Source of the DNA: Planctomycetota bacterium
GTDB taxonomy: Bacteria; Planctomycetota; UBA1135
Direction of reading: 5' to 3'
Assembly (NCBI GenBank): GCA_026421205.1
Contig: JAPKBM010000007.1
Location: forward strand, 7,723-71,722
DNA length: 64,000 nucleotides
Under the pieces are notes generated by a model. The model saw only the letters and a program-made list of their open reading frames with translations. It did not search any database and had not been told where the DNA came from. The position numbers and the translations under genes are program-made. How positions within the stretch are numbered: the first letter of the stretch is position 1; the number at the start of each line of letters is the position of its first letter. Positions 54,119 to 63,171 of the stretch are shown here, piece by piece.

Positions 54119-54222
54119 GAAATGGGCACGTGATTTTCCTGGACTACATGATAAGCCCGCAGGCCTTGTTGTCCTGAAGCTCTTTTTCTTTTCCTCTCCT
54201 CTTTTGTTACGATTTCCTTGTT

Positions 54223-55875
54223 ATGAATACTAGGCGCCACGACCTCGACGCATTGCGCGGCTTCGCAATGTTGCTTGGAATCGTTCTTCATGCCTCTGTG
54301 TCGTTCATACCCGACTTCCCCTGGCTTGTTAAGGATGAAAAACAAAGCGGCGGGCTCTACCTTCTTTTTGCAGCAATCCACGGATTCAGAATGCCGCTAT
54401 TCTTCATCTTGAGTGGATTTTTCGCATCAATGATGGTGCAGAAAAAGGGGCTAGGGTTCTATGCCCGACATCGCACGAAAAGAATTCTCCTCCCACTGGT
54501 TATTTTCCCAATCATCCTTGGACCCCTCATTGATTACCAGTATGCAACTGCCTTTTCCAAGAATGCGATTGCGAAGAATGAAAAAGTAAACCAAGATCAA
54601 GGGACAGGAAAAAAAATAGACCACGACGAAATCTTCTCCGCGGAGACAGTTGGCGACCTAAATTTATTAGTTGAATCTGCAATTCGTACGAAAGATTTGG
54701 AGGCACTGAAGATTCTGGTCGACCGGGGGGCAAACGTAAATGCTCTAAACAATATTGACATTGCGCCCCTTCATTGGGCTACCGGATTTAACGACATCGA
54801 AGCTATCTTGTTCCTTGTCGAATCCGGAGCTGATGTAAATATCCGAGACGGCAAGGAAAGCACTCCTTTGCTCTGGGCCACTTTTTTTGGGAAGACAAAG
54901 GCTTTGCAAACACTATTAGATCTTGGCGCCGACGCCACCTTAAGGAACGATGACGGCACATCACCAATTGAGGTGGTGGGTGGCGACCTGAAAACATTGT
55001 CCAGCCTCTCAATCACGCTCGCAGGCCTCTTGGCTATCCCTGTTGATGGCACGAACCTGGAAAAATCCCTTAAAGCTAATAAGGAGATTTTAATCAATGA
55101 AGGAGGAGTGGCTACCCAAGCGGGGGACGGGCAATATCAAGGCAATCTACTTGAGCGAAATCTACCATCCTTGCACCACCTCTGGTTCTTGTGGTATCTG
55201 TTCTTGCTAATCACACTCTATGGATTTCTTGCACCTCTGTTGAAAATCATTCCGCAATGGAATTCGCTAAAACTATTGGTCAACTCCCCTCTTCGCTATC
55301 TTTGGCTAATCCCTACTATTTGGATTTTCCAGTCACAGTGGGACAGTTGGTCCTTTGGCCCCGCCACTGACGTGTCCTGGTCGCCTTCTTTCGGCATCTT
55401 GGGATATTACGGAACCTTCTTTTTCTTTGGGGCCCTGTCTTTCTCCTATGAAGGCGGTAAACATCAGGTCGGGAGGTATTGGGGCATAACTTTGCCTTTA
55501 GCGCTGCTCGTTGTTTTTCCCTTAGGGCTCAGCGGCCTAGGGTCAGGAAACGAACAGGGGGAATTAGTTTCGTTTTATATTGCAACCTATACTTGTCTTA
55601 TGTGTTTTGGGCTAATCGGCGCCTTTAAAAGGTTGTTTTCCGCTCAATCAAAATGGGTCCGATATCTGTCTGATTCCTCCTATTGGCTGTATATCGCCCA
55701 TTTACCGCTTGTTTACATTTTGCAAAATGAGATGAAAGGACTGGAAATGTCAGCTCCATTGAAACTAATAAGCATATGCTTCATTGCTTTTGTAGTCTTA
55801 CTCTTAAGTTATCGCTTATTCGTCCGGTACACGATTATCGGCCAATTATTGAACGGGAAAAGGAGCAGGGGTTGA
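54223..55875 (+). CDS. Acyltransferase-3 (OpgC/OafA-type) membrane protein with an inserted block of ankyrin repeats
   Basis: AT3 N-terminus DLDALRGFAMLLGIVLHAS...FRMPLFFILSGFF. Residues ~145-252 are ankyrin-like (LVDRGANVNALNNIDIAPLHWATGFNDIEAILFLVESGADVNIRDGKESTPLLWA...LLDLGADATLRNDDGTSPIE). About 7 more TM segments follow. Confidence 0.75.
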   Translation: MNTRRHDLDALRGFAMLLGIVLHASVSFIPDFPWLVKDEKQSGGLYLLFAAIHGFRMPLFFILSGFFASMMVQKKGLGFYARHRTKRILLPLVIFPIILGPLIDYQYATAFSKNAIAKNEKVNQDQGTGKKIDHDEIFSAETVGDLNLLVESAIRTKDLEALKILVDRGANVNALNNIDIAPLHWATGFNDIEAILFLVESGADVNIRDGKESTPLLWATFFGKTKALQTLLDLGADATLRNDDGTSPIEVVGGDLKTLSSLSITLAGLLAIPVDGTNLEKSLKANKEILINEGGVATQAGDGQYQGNLLERNLPSLHHLWFLWYLFLLITLYGFLAPLLKIIPQWNSLKLLVNSPLRYLWLIPTIWIFQSQWDSWSFGPATDVSWSPSFGILGYYGTFFFFGALSFSYEGGKHQVGRYWGITLPLALLVVFPLGLSGLGSGNEQGELVSFYIATYTCLMCFGLIGAFKRLFSAQSKWVRYLSDSSYWLYIAHLPLVYILQNEMKGLEMSAPLKLISICFIAFVVLLLSYRLFVRYTIIGQLLNGKRSRG

Positions 55876-55920
55876 AGATAAATAGAAAATCACCCCTCAA
55901 GAGTATTCCGAACGCCTTCT

Positions 55921-57396
55921 CTAGCGGGAGTCTGATTTTTTTCCTGTTATAGCTAGTGCTCGCTTTGAGAGAGACAGGATAAAAGCCACTGCAGCACTTG
56001 CAGAGATTCTAGAGTCCGCTCCGTAGCCAGCATTGTCTCGGTTTGGCTGGTAATAAAAGCTGCCATCTTGGCATTCCGATAAAGTGAACCACCATTGATT
56101 CTTACTCATGAGCTTCTTGAAAGAAGGTGGATCGCAAAAGGCGCCTAGTGCCCCAAAGGCCATTCCTATAACTGGCGACCCATGGGTGTCTGGAAAACTT
56201 TCCGGATGATTTCCTATTAGTTCAGCGTAGTTGAGAGAAATTCCTTGGTGCTCCCCTTCCCAAGGGTTCATTTGGAAAGCAATTGCTGCAGTGCCAGTAC
56301 GGCCCATGTCAGCCCAGTCTTTTGGGCCAGCCGCTTGGTCTTCATACCAAACATAGAAGTTGTCTCCCGAGGCTCGGCGTAAAAATGCGTAGGCTGCATC
56401 ATGCCTTTCTCTATCAACATTAAGCCCACACCTCTTCATTAGTCCAAACACTAGGGCCCCCTGAGCAGTTAGCATCGAAATAGGCCCATATCCCTCAAAT
56501 CCTGGGTTGTGACCCCATCCGCCGTGGGAGTCCAGTGGAGTCTTTGGGACCGCGTGCGGATGAGTTTCGTGAGATTTTGGGTTAAGCTGGATTAAATCAA
56601 CATACTGGCTCTGAATCAAAAAGTCATACACTTCTTGGAGTTCAGGAATCACCCATTTTTCTCTCGTTTGTAAATAGTATTCGCTTAAAACAATTCCCGC
56701 GGACATGTATCGCCAATTAATCAGCCACGAATTATCTTTAGACTTTGTTGTTCTAGCATGCATCCGTACATTTTGGAGAACGGCATCTCTGTGCCTCTTT
56801 TCCGAGCTACTCATTAGGGCTAAGGGAGCGAAGGTGTCATGGGGGGGGCTGCCCCAAGACCCATCTTCACGCTGATGTTTAATGAGGTAGTCAAGCAATA
56901 TTGGGAGCCGAGGATCTTCTTCGGTTTTCCCCACGGACGCTTTTCCAGGAAGGAAGCTCTTGCGTTTTTTTAGCTTTAATTTGATGACTCTTCTTTTTCC
57001 ATCCCTTTCTATAAGTAACGGTAGAGCCCGACCTTTGTTTTGACAGATCTGAATTTTTTCGGCTATTTCGGAAATCGGACCTTGGGCTCCAAATACATCC
57101 ATGCCGTACCCATTTTGGTGGCTCTCCTTGAATACATTCCCTGAAGATCCAATAATAAGATCACCGATTTTAACTTTCTTGTGAGAAGGTGAGTCGGAGA
57201 AAACATGTCGCACTAAAAGTGCTTTTGGATGTTCCTCGGTTAGCTCACAACGAATCCCGGTGGCGCCTAGGTTATAGAACCATCCAGGGACTTCCGCATC
57301 GGGGCCCGCAGCTGCACGCTGATTCCAAGGAGCTCCATTCGGGTGATAGTGAACCTGCACTGGAACGATGAAGAGAAGGAGTGCGCTTGCAAGCAT
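55921..57396 (-). CDS. Secreted protein with a PDZ-like domain plus an alpha/alpha-toroid (prenyltransferase/terpene-cyclase-like) domain
   Basis: PDZ-like LLVRHVFSDSPSHKKVKIGDLIIGSSG. Toroid-repeat-like QREDGSWG and ECQDGSFYYQ. Hydrophobic N-terminus. Confidence 0.5.
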   Translation of the reverse strand: MLASALLLFIVPVQVHYHPNGAPWNQRAAAGPDAEVPGWFYNLGATGIRCELTEEHPKALLVRHVFSDSPSHKKVKIGDLIIGSSGNVFKESHQNGYGMDVFGAQGPISEIAEKIQICQNKGRALPLLIERDGKRRVIKLKLKKRKSFLPGKASVGKTEEDPRLPILLDYLIKHQREDGSWGSPPHDTFAPLALMSSSEKRHRDAVLQNVRMHARTTKSKDNSWLINWRYMSAGIVLSEYYLQTREKWVIPELQEVYDFLIQSQYVDLIQLNPKSHETHPHAVPKTPLDSHGGWGHNPGFEGYGPISMLTAQGALVFGLMKRCGLNVDRERHDAAYAFLRRASGDNFYVWYEDQAAGPKDWADMGRTGTAAIAFQMNPWEGEHQGISLNYAELIGNHPESFPDTHGSPVIGMAFGALGAFCDPPSFKKLMSKNQWWFTLSECQDGSFYYQPNRDNAGYGADSRISASAAVAFILSLSKRALAITGKKSDSR

Positions 57397-57537
57397 TCAT
57401 TCATTATATAGAGATTAGCCCCTCCTCGTACTGGCCCTAACTAACTCATGTAAGTTAAAGTTGACGATCATGAGACGTGCATATTCCTAATATAGAGTTG
57501 TTGCTCCCATCCCTTCGCCCAGGGCTCCGTGCCGGGT

Positions 57538-58755
57538 TTATAAAAGATTAAGAAGCTGATCCACTGCTTGATCCACAAAGCCGGTCTCTTCCGCCGACGC
57601 ATTCACTTTGATGCATGTCACCTGTTTCGGCAATCCTTCCTCAAGGGCAGAGAAGAATGCGGCGTCGGCGTTGGCGTCATATAAAGGCGCCCCTTCGGTG
57701 CAGTAACGGCTTGTTCCTTTGAGCGGTAACATCATCACGGCTTGTCCTTGCGTTTGTTGTAAGCGCTCGCAAATACTGGCGGCGACTTGGCGCATGTCAT
57801 CGGCGTTGAGGCGAGGAACAAAAATGATGGGATTATGGAAAACAGAAACGTGATCTTTGTAGGCGTCCGGAATTACATTGGGTTCCGTGAAAACTCCGAT
57901 GTGTTCTGTACCGCCAGGGCAGAGGACTTGTGGAAGCCCTAACTTTCCAGCCACGGTTAATCGTTCGGGGCTTGCGGCACGGAATCCTCCGTGCACTTCG
58001 TCGGAAATTTCCCCAAGTGCGTAATCAAAAACCGCATGAATATGACCTTCTTTCATGAGCTGTTCCATGGCTCGTCCGCCAGAACCCACCGCATGAAAAA
58101 CGATGACCTCATGGCCCGCTTTGCGAAAACGTTTCATGGCGTGCATGGCTCCGTCGGTAATCACGCCTAAATTGGTCATGCCGATGACCGCCTTTCCCTC
58201 ACTTTGTTTCTGAAGTGGAATGCCAGCTTGTGCCATGCCCCATGCAGCGGCGGCGGCGTTGGCGAGCATGGTGCGGGACAAAGGGTTTAAGCCCAAAATG
58301 TCACTGACGGGAAACATCATGGTGATGTCTTTGATGTCGACAAAATTACTTGTGTCGCCCGAGGCCATGGTGGATAAGAGGATTTTTGGAAGTCCGTAGG
58401 GCAAGGCCTGCATGACCGCTGCGCAGTTGCTAGAACCCTGTGTGCCGCCAAAGCCAAGGATGGCTTGAATCTTTCCTTGCTCCACCCACTCTTTCAAAAT
58501 GGCAATGGTTCCTGCAATTAAAACTGGTGCCGTTTCCTGGCGCTCCGGATTCTTGAGAAGCTTCTCCAAAGAGGAACCCCCTCTGGTGATGACTTCGGCG
58601 CGTGGCACGTCGGGTGGGGTGCCGGGCTCACCCATAAAGCCCATGTCAATCAACAAGGCCTTACCCCCTAAGGATTCAATCCGCCCTTTGACGTAAGCGG
58701 TTTCCTCGCCCTTCGTGTCCAGAGTTGCCAATACGGCAATGGTCGGTTTGCTCAA
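57538..58755 (-). CDS. UPF0261 / Tm-1 N-terminal-like ATP-binding protein
   Basis: SKPTIAVLATLDTKGEE N-terminus, 405 aa. TTG start overlaps the upstream stop (TTGA). Confidence 0.8.
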   Translation of the reverse strand: MSKPTIAVLATLDTKGEETAYVKGRIESLGGKALLIDMGFMGEPGTPPDVPRAEVITRGGSSLEKLLKNPERQETAPVLIAGTIAILKEWVEQGKIQAILGFGGTQGSSNCAAVMQALPYGLPKILLSTMASGDTSNFVDIKDITMMFPVSDILGLNPLSRTMLANAAAAAWGMAQAGIPLQKQSEGKAVIGMTNLGVITDGAMHAMKRFRKAGHEVIVFHAVGSGGRAMEQLMKEGHIHAVFDYALGEISDEVHGGFRAASPERLTVAGKLGLPQVLCPGGTEHIGVFTEPNVIPDAYKDHVSVFHNPIIFVPRLNADDMRQVAASICERLQQTQGQAVMMLPLKGTSRYCTEGAPLYDANADAAFFSALEEGLPKQVTCIKVNASAEETGFVDQAVDQLLNLL

Positions 58756-59612
58756 GAAGGGAACTCCAAATTAGCGAAGGCCGAAGCCGCTTCAAAGACA
58801 GCTTTTTCAATAGGCAAGCGTTCGGTGGAAGATCCGGTCCAAATACCATGACCCGACGTATGCGCCAACATGTATGCCGCATCTTCGGGGGTTTCCATAG
58901 CTGCACCGTGGCCCACCAAAAGGACTTCAGGGTGAATGTCCCGCGCCATGGTGTAGGCTTCTTCACTGCGTTTCGCGGTTTCTTCAATGGATTCCCCAGA
59001 GTCAAAACCGACGAGCCCGCCTTTTGTGGTGCCGGCGTGAAAACAGAAAATATCTGGCTTGGCACCCACCAAAACTTTTTGCGCATCTTCCATGTCAAAG
59101 GCGAGCGCCACGGTGACCATGTCCTTTTCTTCTTTTGCGAGCTTCAACATTTCCACTTCGTTTTCAAACGTGATCCCACTTTTTTTCAGCACCTGAAACA
59201 GCGTGGAATCTTTGTCGACATAACTAACGGAAGGGCCAATGTTAGAGACCGACGGCACGCCGGCATCCAGTAATTGCTGCAAGTAGGTTCGCATGTCTCG
59301 CAGGGGGTCATTGGCGTTGATGCAGGCACACACAAAGGCATCCCCAGTCATAGCCGGCAAAATATCTTGCGTGGTGTTGTCAAAGACTTGTTGGTTAGAA
59401 TCCAAAATGGGCCACATCATGGACATGGTGCCCATGCCGTTTGCGCGAAGTCGAGCACCGGAAAAGGTGTTGACGCAGTCTGCGCCCGCTTTTTCCAAGA
59501 GGCTTGCTACAAGTCCACTACCAGCGGACGCAATTAAGAGGGGCTTGCGCGCTTCTGTTTTGGCGCGCAGTTTGGTGAGAATTTTAGAGCGAGTCGTGCG
59601 AGGGGAAATCAT
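58752..59612 (-). CDS. PEP-hydrolase-like TIM-barrel protein (Tm-1 C-terminal-like)
   Basis: ILTKLRAKTEARKPLLIASAGSGLVASLLEKAGADCVNTF..., 286 aa. This family is usually found paired with UPF0261. Confidence 0.75.
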   Translation of the reverse strand: MISPRTTRSKILTKLRAKTEARKPLLIASAGSGLVASLLEKAGADCVNTFSGARLRANGMGTMSMMWPILDSNQQVFDNTTQDILPAMTGDAFVCACINANDPLRDMRTYLQQLLDAGVPSVSNIGPSVSYVDKDSTLFQVLKKSGITFENEVEMLKLAKEEKDMVTVALAFDMEDAQKVLVGAKPDIFCFHAGTTKGGLVGFDSGESIEETAKRSEEAYTMARDIHPEVLLVGHGAAMETPEDAAYMLAHTSGHGIWTGSSTERLPIEKAVFEAASAFANLEFPS

Positions 59613-59614
59613 GG

Positions 59615-61615
59615 TTATCGGGGGAAGGCGCTTGCCACGCCGCCATCTACATTAAGGAGGCCGCCGGTGGTCGGGGTGCGTCGGGCGGCAAAAAACAAAA
59701 CGGCGCGGCCGACATCTTCGGCGGTTACTTCTTGTTTAAGTAAGCTGCGGTCTCGGTAAAACGTTTCTAACTCTCCGGTACTGAGCCCGCGTGAGGCCGC
59801 TCGGTCTGGGCCGATTTCATCCCATAGGCCGGAAGAGTTTTCTCCATCTCGGAAAACGGCGTCGGGGCAGACCAAGTTGACAGCAATGTTCTCCGAAGCC
59901 CATTCCAAGGCGGCGACTTTGGCCAGTTGGTGGGCGCCGGCTTTGGAGGCACTATAGGCGGAAAATTCCGCACCAGGGGCAAGGACATTTTTAGAAGAAA
60001 TGAGAACGACTGAGCCACCAGTTTTTTGCCGGTACAGAATTTCACCGGCTGTTTTCAGCGTAAGGAAAGCGCCTGTTTGATTCACCGCGGTGAGTCGTTC
60101 CCAGTCTTTTATGTGGTGCTTTAAAATGGAAGCGGAGTGAGCAATGCCCGCATTAGGGATGACAATGTCAATGCCTCCAAAAGCTCGGCACACTTTTTCC
60201 ATTGCGGCGTTCATCGATTCTTCCGAAGTGACGTCGGCGGTGACGGCCAACGTATTTTTTCCAAGGCGTTTTGCTGTTGCCGACACGGCTGTTTCATCCA
60301 AATCTAACAAGGCGATACAAGCGCCGGCGTCCAGCAAAACACGTGCTACGCCTTCGCCGATGGCGCCTCCGCCTCCGGTAATTACGGCAACTTTTCCAGT
60401 CAATTCTGGGGCCACGCCCTTGCCGAGCTTGGCCTGCTCTAAAGACCAATATTCCATGTCAAATAAATCTAAGTCGTCCAGTCCTTGGTAGGCCCCTAAG
60501 CCTTGTGCGGCAGCTTTTGTGAGCAACGTATGTTCTCCAATATCTGCGGCGATGGCGGCGGCCTTGGATGTATTCCCCACGCCAATCATGCCAAGGCCAG
60601 GAATCAAAACGAGCCGAGGCAGGGAATCTAGTTCTTTGCGCGGCCCACGGCTTTGGCAACCGGCTTCAAAATATTGACGATATATGTTTGAATAGTCCGC
60701 AACCGCGTCCTTGACTGACTTTGCGGGGTCTTCCCCGGAAATGTCCAGCCAACAAGGCAAGCTTTTTGTGCGAATGGTGTGATCCGGTGTGAGCGGTGGA
60801 GTCAAAAGCAACTCTTTTGCATTGCTTTGGCCCAACAAAGCCAAAATCCAGGGATCATCGCGTAAGGAAAACACAAAGGATGTTTCTTGATTGAGTGCCC
60901 CTCTCAAAAAAGGCAACACGTCTTTTGCTGGATGAGTTGGTTTTCCCTGGGCCTGGGAAACAGCCTGCTTTTCTTCGGCATAAAGCGCTTCCGCAAGGCC
61001 TACAAATTCTTCATGAAGCTGCAGAGACTCATCTGCGGTTTCCGCAAAAGTAAATAAACCATGATGATGTAAAAGAACGCCTTCCACATTGGGATGGTTG
61101 TCTACCAAGTCAGCAACCGCCAGCGCAAGAGGAAACCCCGGCATGACGTAATGTAAATAAGCCAGGCGGCCCCCAAAAACGTCTTCACAAAGTTCACGCC
61201 CATTGGCGCGGTTACTTAAGGCAAGAATGGCGTCGGCGTGACTATGGTCAATAAATCGGTGTGGCAAGAAGGCGTGCAATAAAGTTTCTACCGACGGAGT
61301 GGGGCCGTTTGGGTCCAACATGCATCGGCGTACCTCGCGGACCATGACTTCGTCAGTCATGGAAGGGGCACTTCGAAGCGCGCGCAATTGTTGAAGGTCT
61401 AGCGCAGGAAGTCCGGGCGCCTCAATGGTTCCAAGGTCCCACCCCGACCCCTTAACCCACATGACCTCCACGTCTTCCCCCAAAATATTTTTTACAGTGC
61501 CTTTCGCCGACGTGTTCCCGCCGCCATGCAAGACATAGTCTGCATTGGCGCCGAGAGATCGAGAAGTGCGGACACGTTCCGCAAGGGTGGGATGGACGTC
61601 AGGGAGGGGGGGCAT
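59615..61615 (-). CDS. Bifunctional class II aldolase/adducin-domain plus short-chain dehydrogenase protein (rhamnulose-1-phosphate aldolase/alcohol dehydrogenase-like)
   Basis: The N-terminal half has GGGNTS and HHHGLFTF-type aldolase motifs. The C-terminal half is SDR-like: VAVITGGGGAIGEG, NAG, YSASKAG. Confidence 0.85.
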   Translation of the reverse strand: MPPLPDVHPTLAERVRTSRSLGANADYVLHGGGNTSAKGTVKNILGEDVEVMWVKGSGWDLGTIEAPGLPALDLQQLRALRSAPSMTDEVMVREVRRCMLDPNGPTPSVETLLHAFLPHRFIDHSHADAILALSNRANGRELCEDVFGGRLAYLHYVMPGFPLALAVADLVDNHPNVEGVLLHHHGLFTFAETADESLQLHEEFVGLAEALYAEEKQAVSQAQGKPTHPAKDVLPFLRGALNQETSFVFSLRDDPWILALLGQSNAKELLLTPPLTPDHTIRTKSLPCWLDISGEDPAKSVKDAVADYSNIYRQYFEAGCQSRGPRKELDSLPRLVLIPGLGMIGVGNTSKAAAIAADIGEHTLLTKAAAQGLGAYQGLDDLDLFDMEYWSLEQAKLGKGVAPELTGKVAVITGGGGAIGEGVARVLLDAGACIALLDLDETAVSATAKRLGKNTLAVTADVTSEESMNAAMEKVCRAFGGIDIVIPNAGIAHSASILKHHIKDWERLTAVNQTGAFLTLKTAGEILYRQKTGGSVVLISSKNVLAPGAEFSAYSASKAGAHQLAKVAALEWASENIAVNLVCPDAVFRDGENSSGLWDEIGPDRAASRGLSTGELETFYRDRSLLKQEVTAEDVGRAVLFFAARRTPTTGGLLNVDGGVASAFPR

Positions 61616-63081
61616 TACCGAATGGTATGGGAGCCGAAGTTCGACACCTCATTCATCCCAAGGGCCTGCACCCAAAAAGTTTGCCCGAGTAGAGCAACGG
61701 GGATGGTCATTCCGAAAGCAGCCGTACCCATGCCATTGGCTCGTACGACACGCAAGAGGAGGGGGCTATCTAATGCAAAGCCCACTTCGAGATGCGCGTT
61801 TGTATTCACGGCCAGTCCTTGAGAGGAGTAGGCCACATAGAGCTTTGCGTATGGCTCGGCGCCTGTCATTGTGGCCGTGGCCGTTTGCCCTGTAACGAGG
61901 TTGGTGATGGACAAATCAATGTCTCCACTCAACGCAGCTTCCACCGCTTTTCTGAGATTCACGCGGCCCATTCCGTACGTGTCATCATCACCGGGTGCAC
62001 CGAGATCATCGCAAGAGGCGTAAAGTCGGCCTTGCACTTGGTCTGGAGTTAGGTAAGGGTTGGCAGCGAAAATCATGGCGGCAACACCATTGGCAAGGGG
62101 GGTCGCCATGCTTGTGCCACTCCATGCTTGGTAACCTCCACCAATCACGGTAGAAAGAATGCCAGAACCCGGGGCGTGTAAATCAAGCCCACGCCCGCGG
62201 CCAGACCAGCTGGTAATGTTGTCATTGGAGTCTGTAGCACCGACCACAATGGTGTCGGCGTAATCAAAACCGGACCAGTTGTCGGCACTGTTGCCCGCGG
62301 CATAAAAGAACAAGCCGCCTCGGTTTTTGACATCGGTGCCCGTTGTTCCCACCGAAGCATTGTTCACTCCGGAATAACTGGCACTGACCGTTTTAGCTCC
62401 TTGGTCGGCGGCCCAGCGCGCACCATCCAGAATGTCAGAAAGATAAGCGCCCCCGCCAGAACTGTTGCTTACGCGAATGGGCATGAGTTGCATATTCCAA
62501 ACGACGCCCGCCACGCCGACGCCATTATTGCCGATGGCTCCTAAACAGCCCGCAACATGAGTGCCGTGACCGTGGATGTCCGATGTGTCTCCACCATTAG
62601 CTTCCGCCAAGTCATCGACTGCATTGTATCCAGGGATAAGGTGGGCGCTGAGGTCGGGGTGGTTGTGATCTACGCCGGTATCGGCCCATGCAATGATTTG
62701 ATTGGAGTCTCCTGTGATTAAGTCCCAAGCCGACGCCGACTCCATGTTGACGTGGTGCCATTGGTTGGGGAATTCCGGATCATTGGGGTCACCTAGGGGG
62801 TAGCAAGTCCAATCTGGGTGGACATATTCAAAGTGATTGGTGGCGAGCAGGGTGGTTGCATAACTGTTTTCATCTTGGCCCTCGGGCACCTGCAAAATAT
62901 ATTCATCGGTTGCGGAAAAGTAATGAATTGTTTGGCTTTCCAGAGACCGAGAAAGTTCTTGGTCATTTCTTTGAAGAGGTCGCGCAATCAAGCGACCAGA
63001 AAATTCCAATTCACCGGGCTGTTCTGTAAACAGAGGGCCTTGTGCTTGGAAGAAGGAGAGGGTGGCGATGAGGATGAGCAT
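61615..63081 (-). CDS. Secreted subtilisin-family (S8) serine protease with the shared C-terminal module
   Basis: Catalytic triad contexts DTGVDHNHPDL, HGTHVAG, GTSMATP. Signal MLILIATLSFFQAQ from ATG 63081; a TTG at 63099 is also possible. Confidence 0.9.
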   Translation of the reverse strand: MLILIATLSFFQAQGPLFTEQPGELEFSGRLIARPLQRNDQELSRSLESQTIHYFSATDEYILQVPEGQDENSYATTLLATNHFEYVHPDWTCYPLGDPNDPEFPNQWHHVNMESASAWDLITGDSNQIIAWADTGVDHNHPDLSAHLIPGYNAVDDLAEANGGDTSDIHGHGTHVAGCLGAIGNNGVGVAGVVWNMQLMPIRVSNSSGGGAYLSDILDGARWAADQGAKTVSASYSGVNNASVGTTGTDVKNRGGLFFYAAGNSADNWSGFDYADTIVVGATDSNDNITSWSGRGRGLDLHAPGSGILSTVIGGGYQAWSGTSMATPLANGVAAMIFAANPYLTPDQVQGRLYASCDDLGAPGDDDTYGMGRVNLRKAVEAALSGDIDLSITNLVTGQTATATMTGAEPYAKLYVAYSSQGLAVNTNAHLEVGFALDSPLLLRVVRANGMGTAAFGMTIPVALLGQTFWVQALGMNEVSNFGSHTIR

Positions 63082-63171
63082 GCAGTTAAAATAGCACAAA
63101 AGGGCGCTTGGGGCTTGGATAATTCGACCGAAGAAGAGCCGTTTGAGTAGATTTGACCATAGAATGGCGAA

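Noticed and set aside
58725-59273. 182-aa plus-strand ORF across the UPF0261 / TIM-barrel junction
   Set aside because: It is antisense to two well-supported minus-strand genes and has a low-complexity basic composition.
6496-63081. Many exported proteins appear to have signal peptides without a basic n-region and with a cleavage site before Gln. Examples are MILTFFLFVAAQ, MLLALLPLLFAPLAQ, MFSLFLLASQALPGAQ, MLILIATLSFFQAQ and MLASALLLFIV.
   Set aside because: This could be a lineage trait, but it depends on my start-codon choices. Others in the window do have Lys/Arg (MKKISTLLL, MKASSLFF, MRIIPLI). It cannot be evaluated without SignalP and genome-wide statistics, so I have not raised it as a finding.
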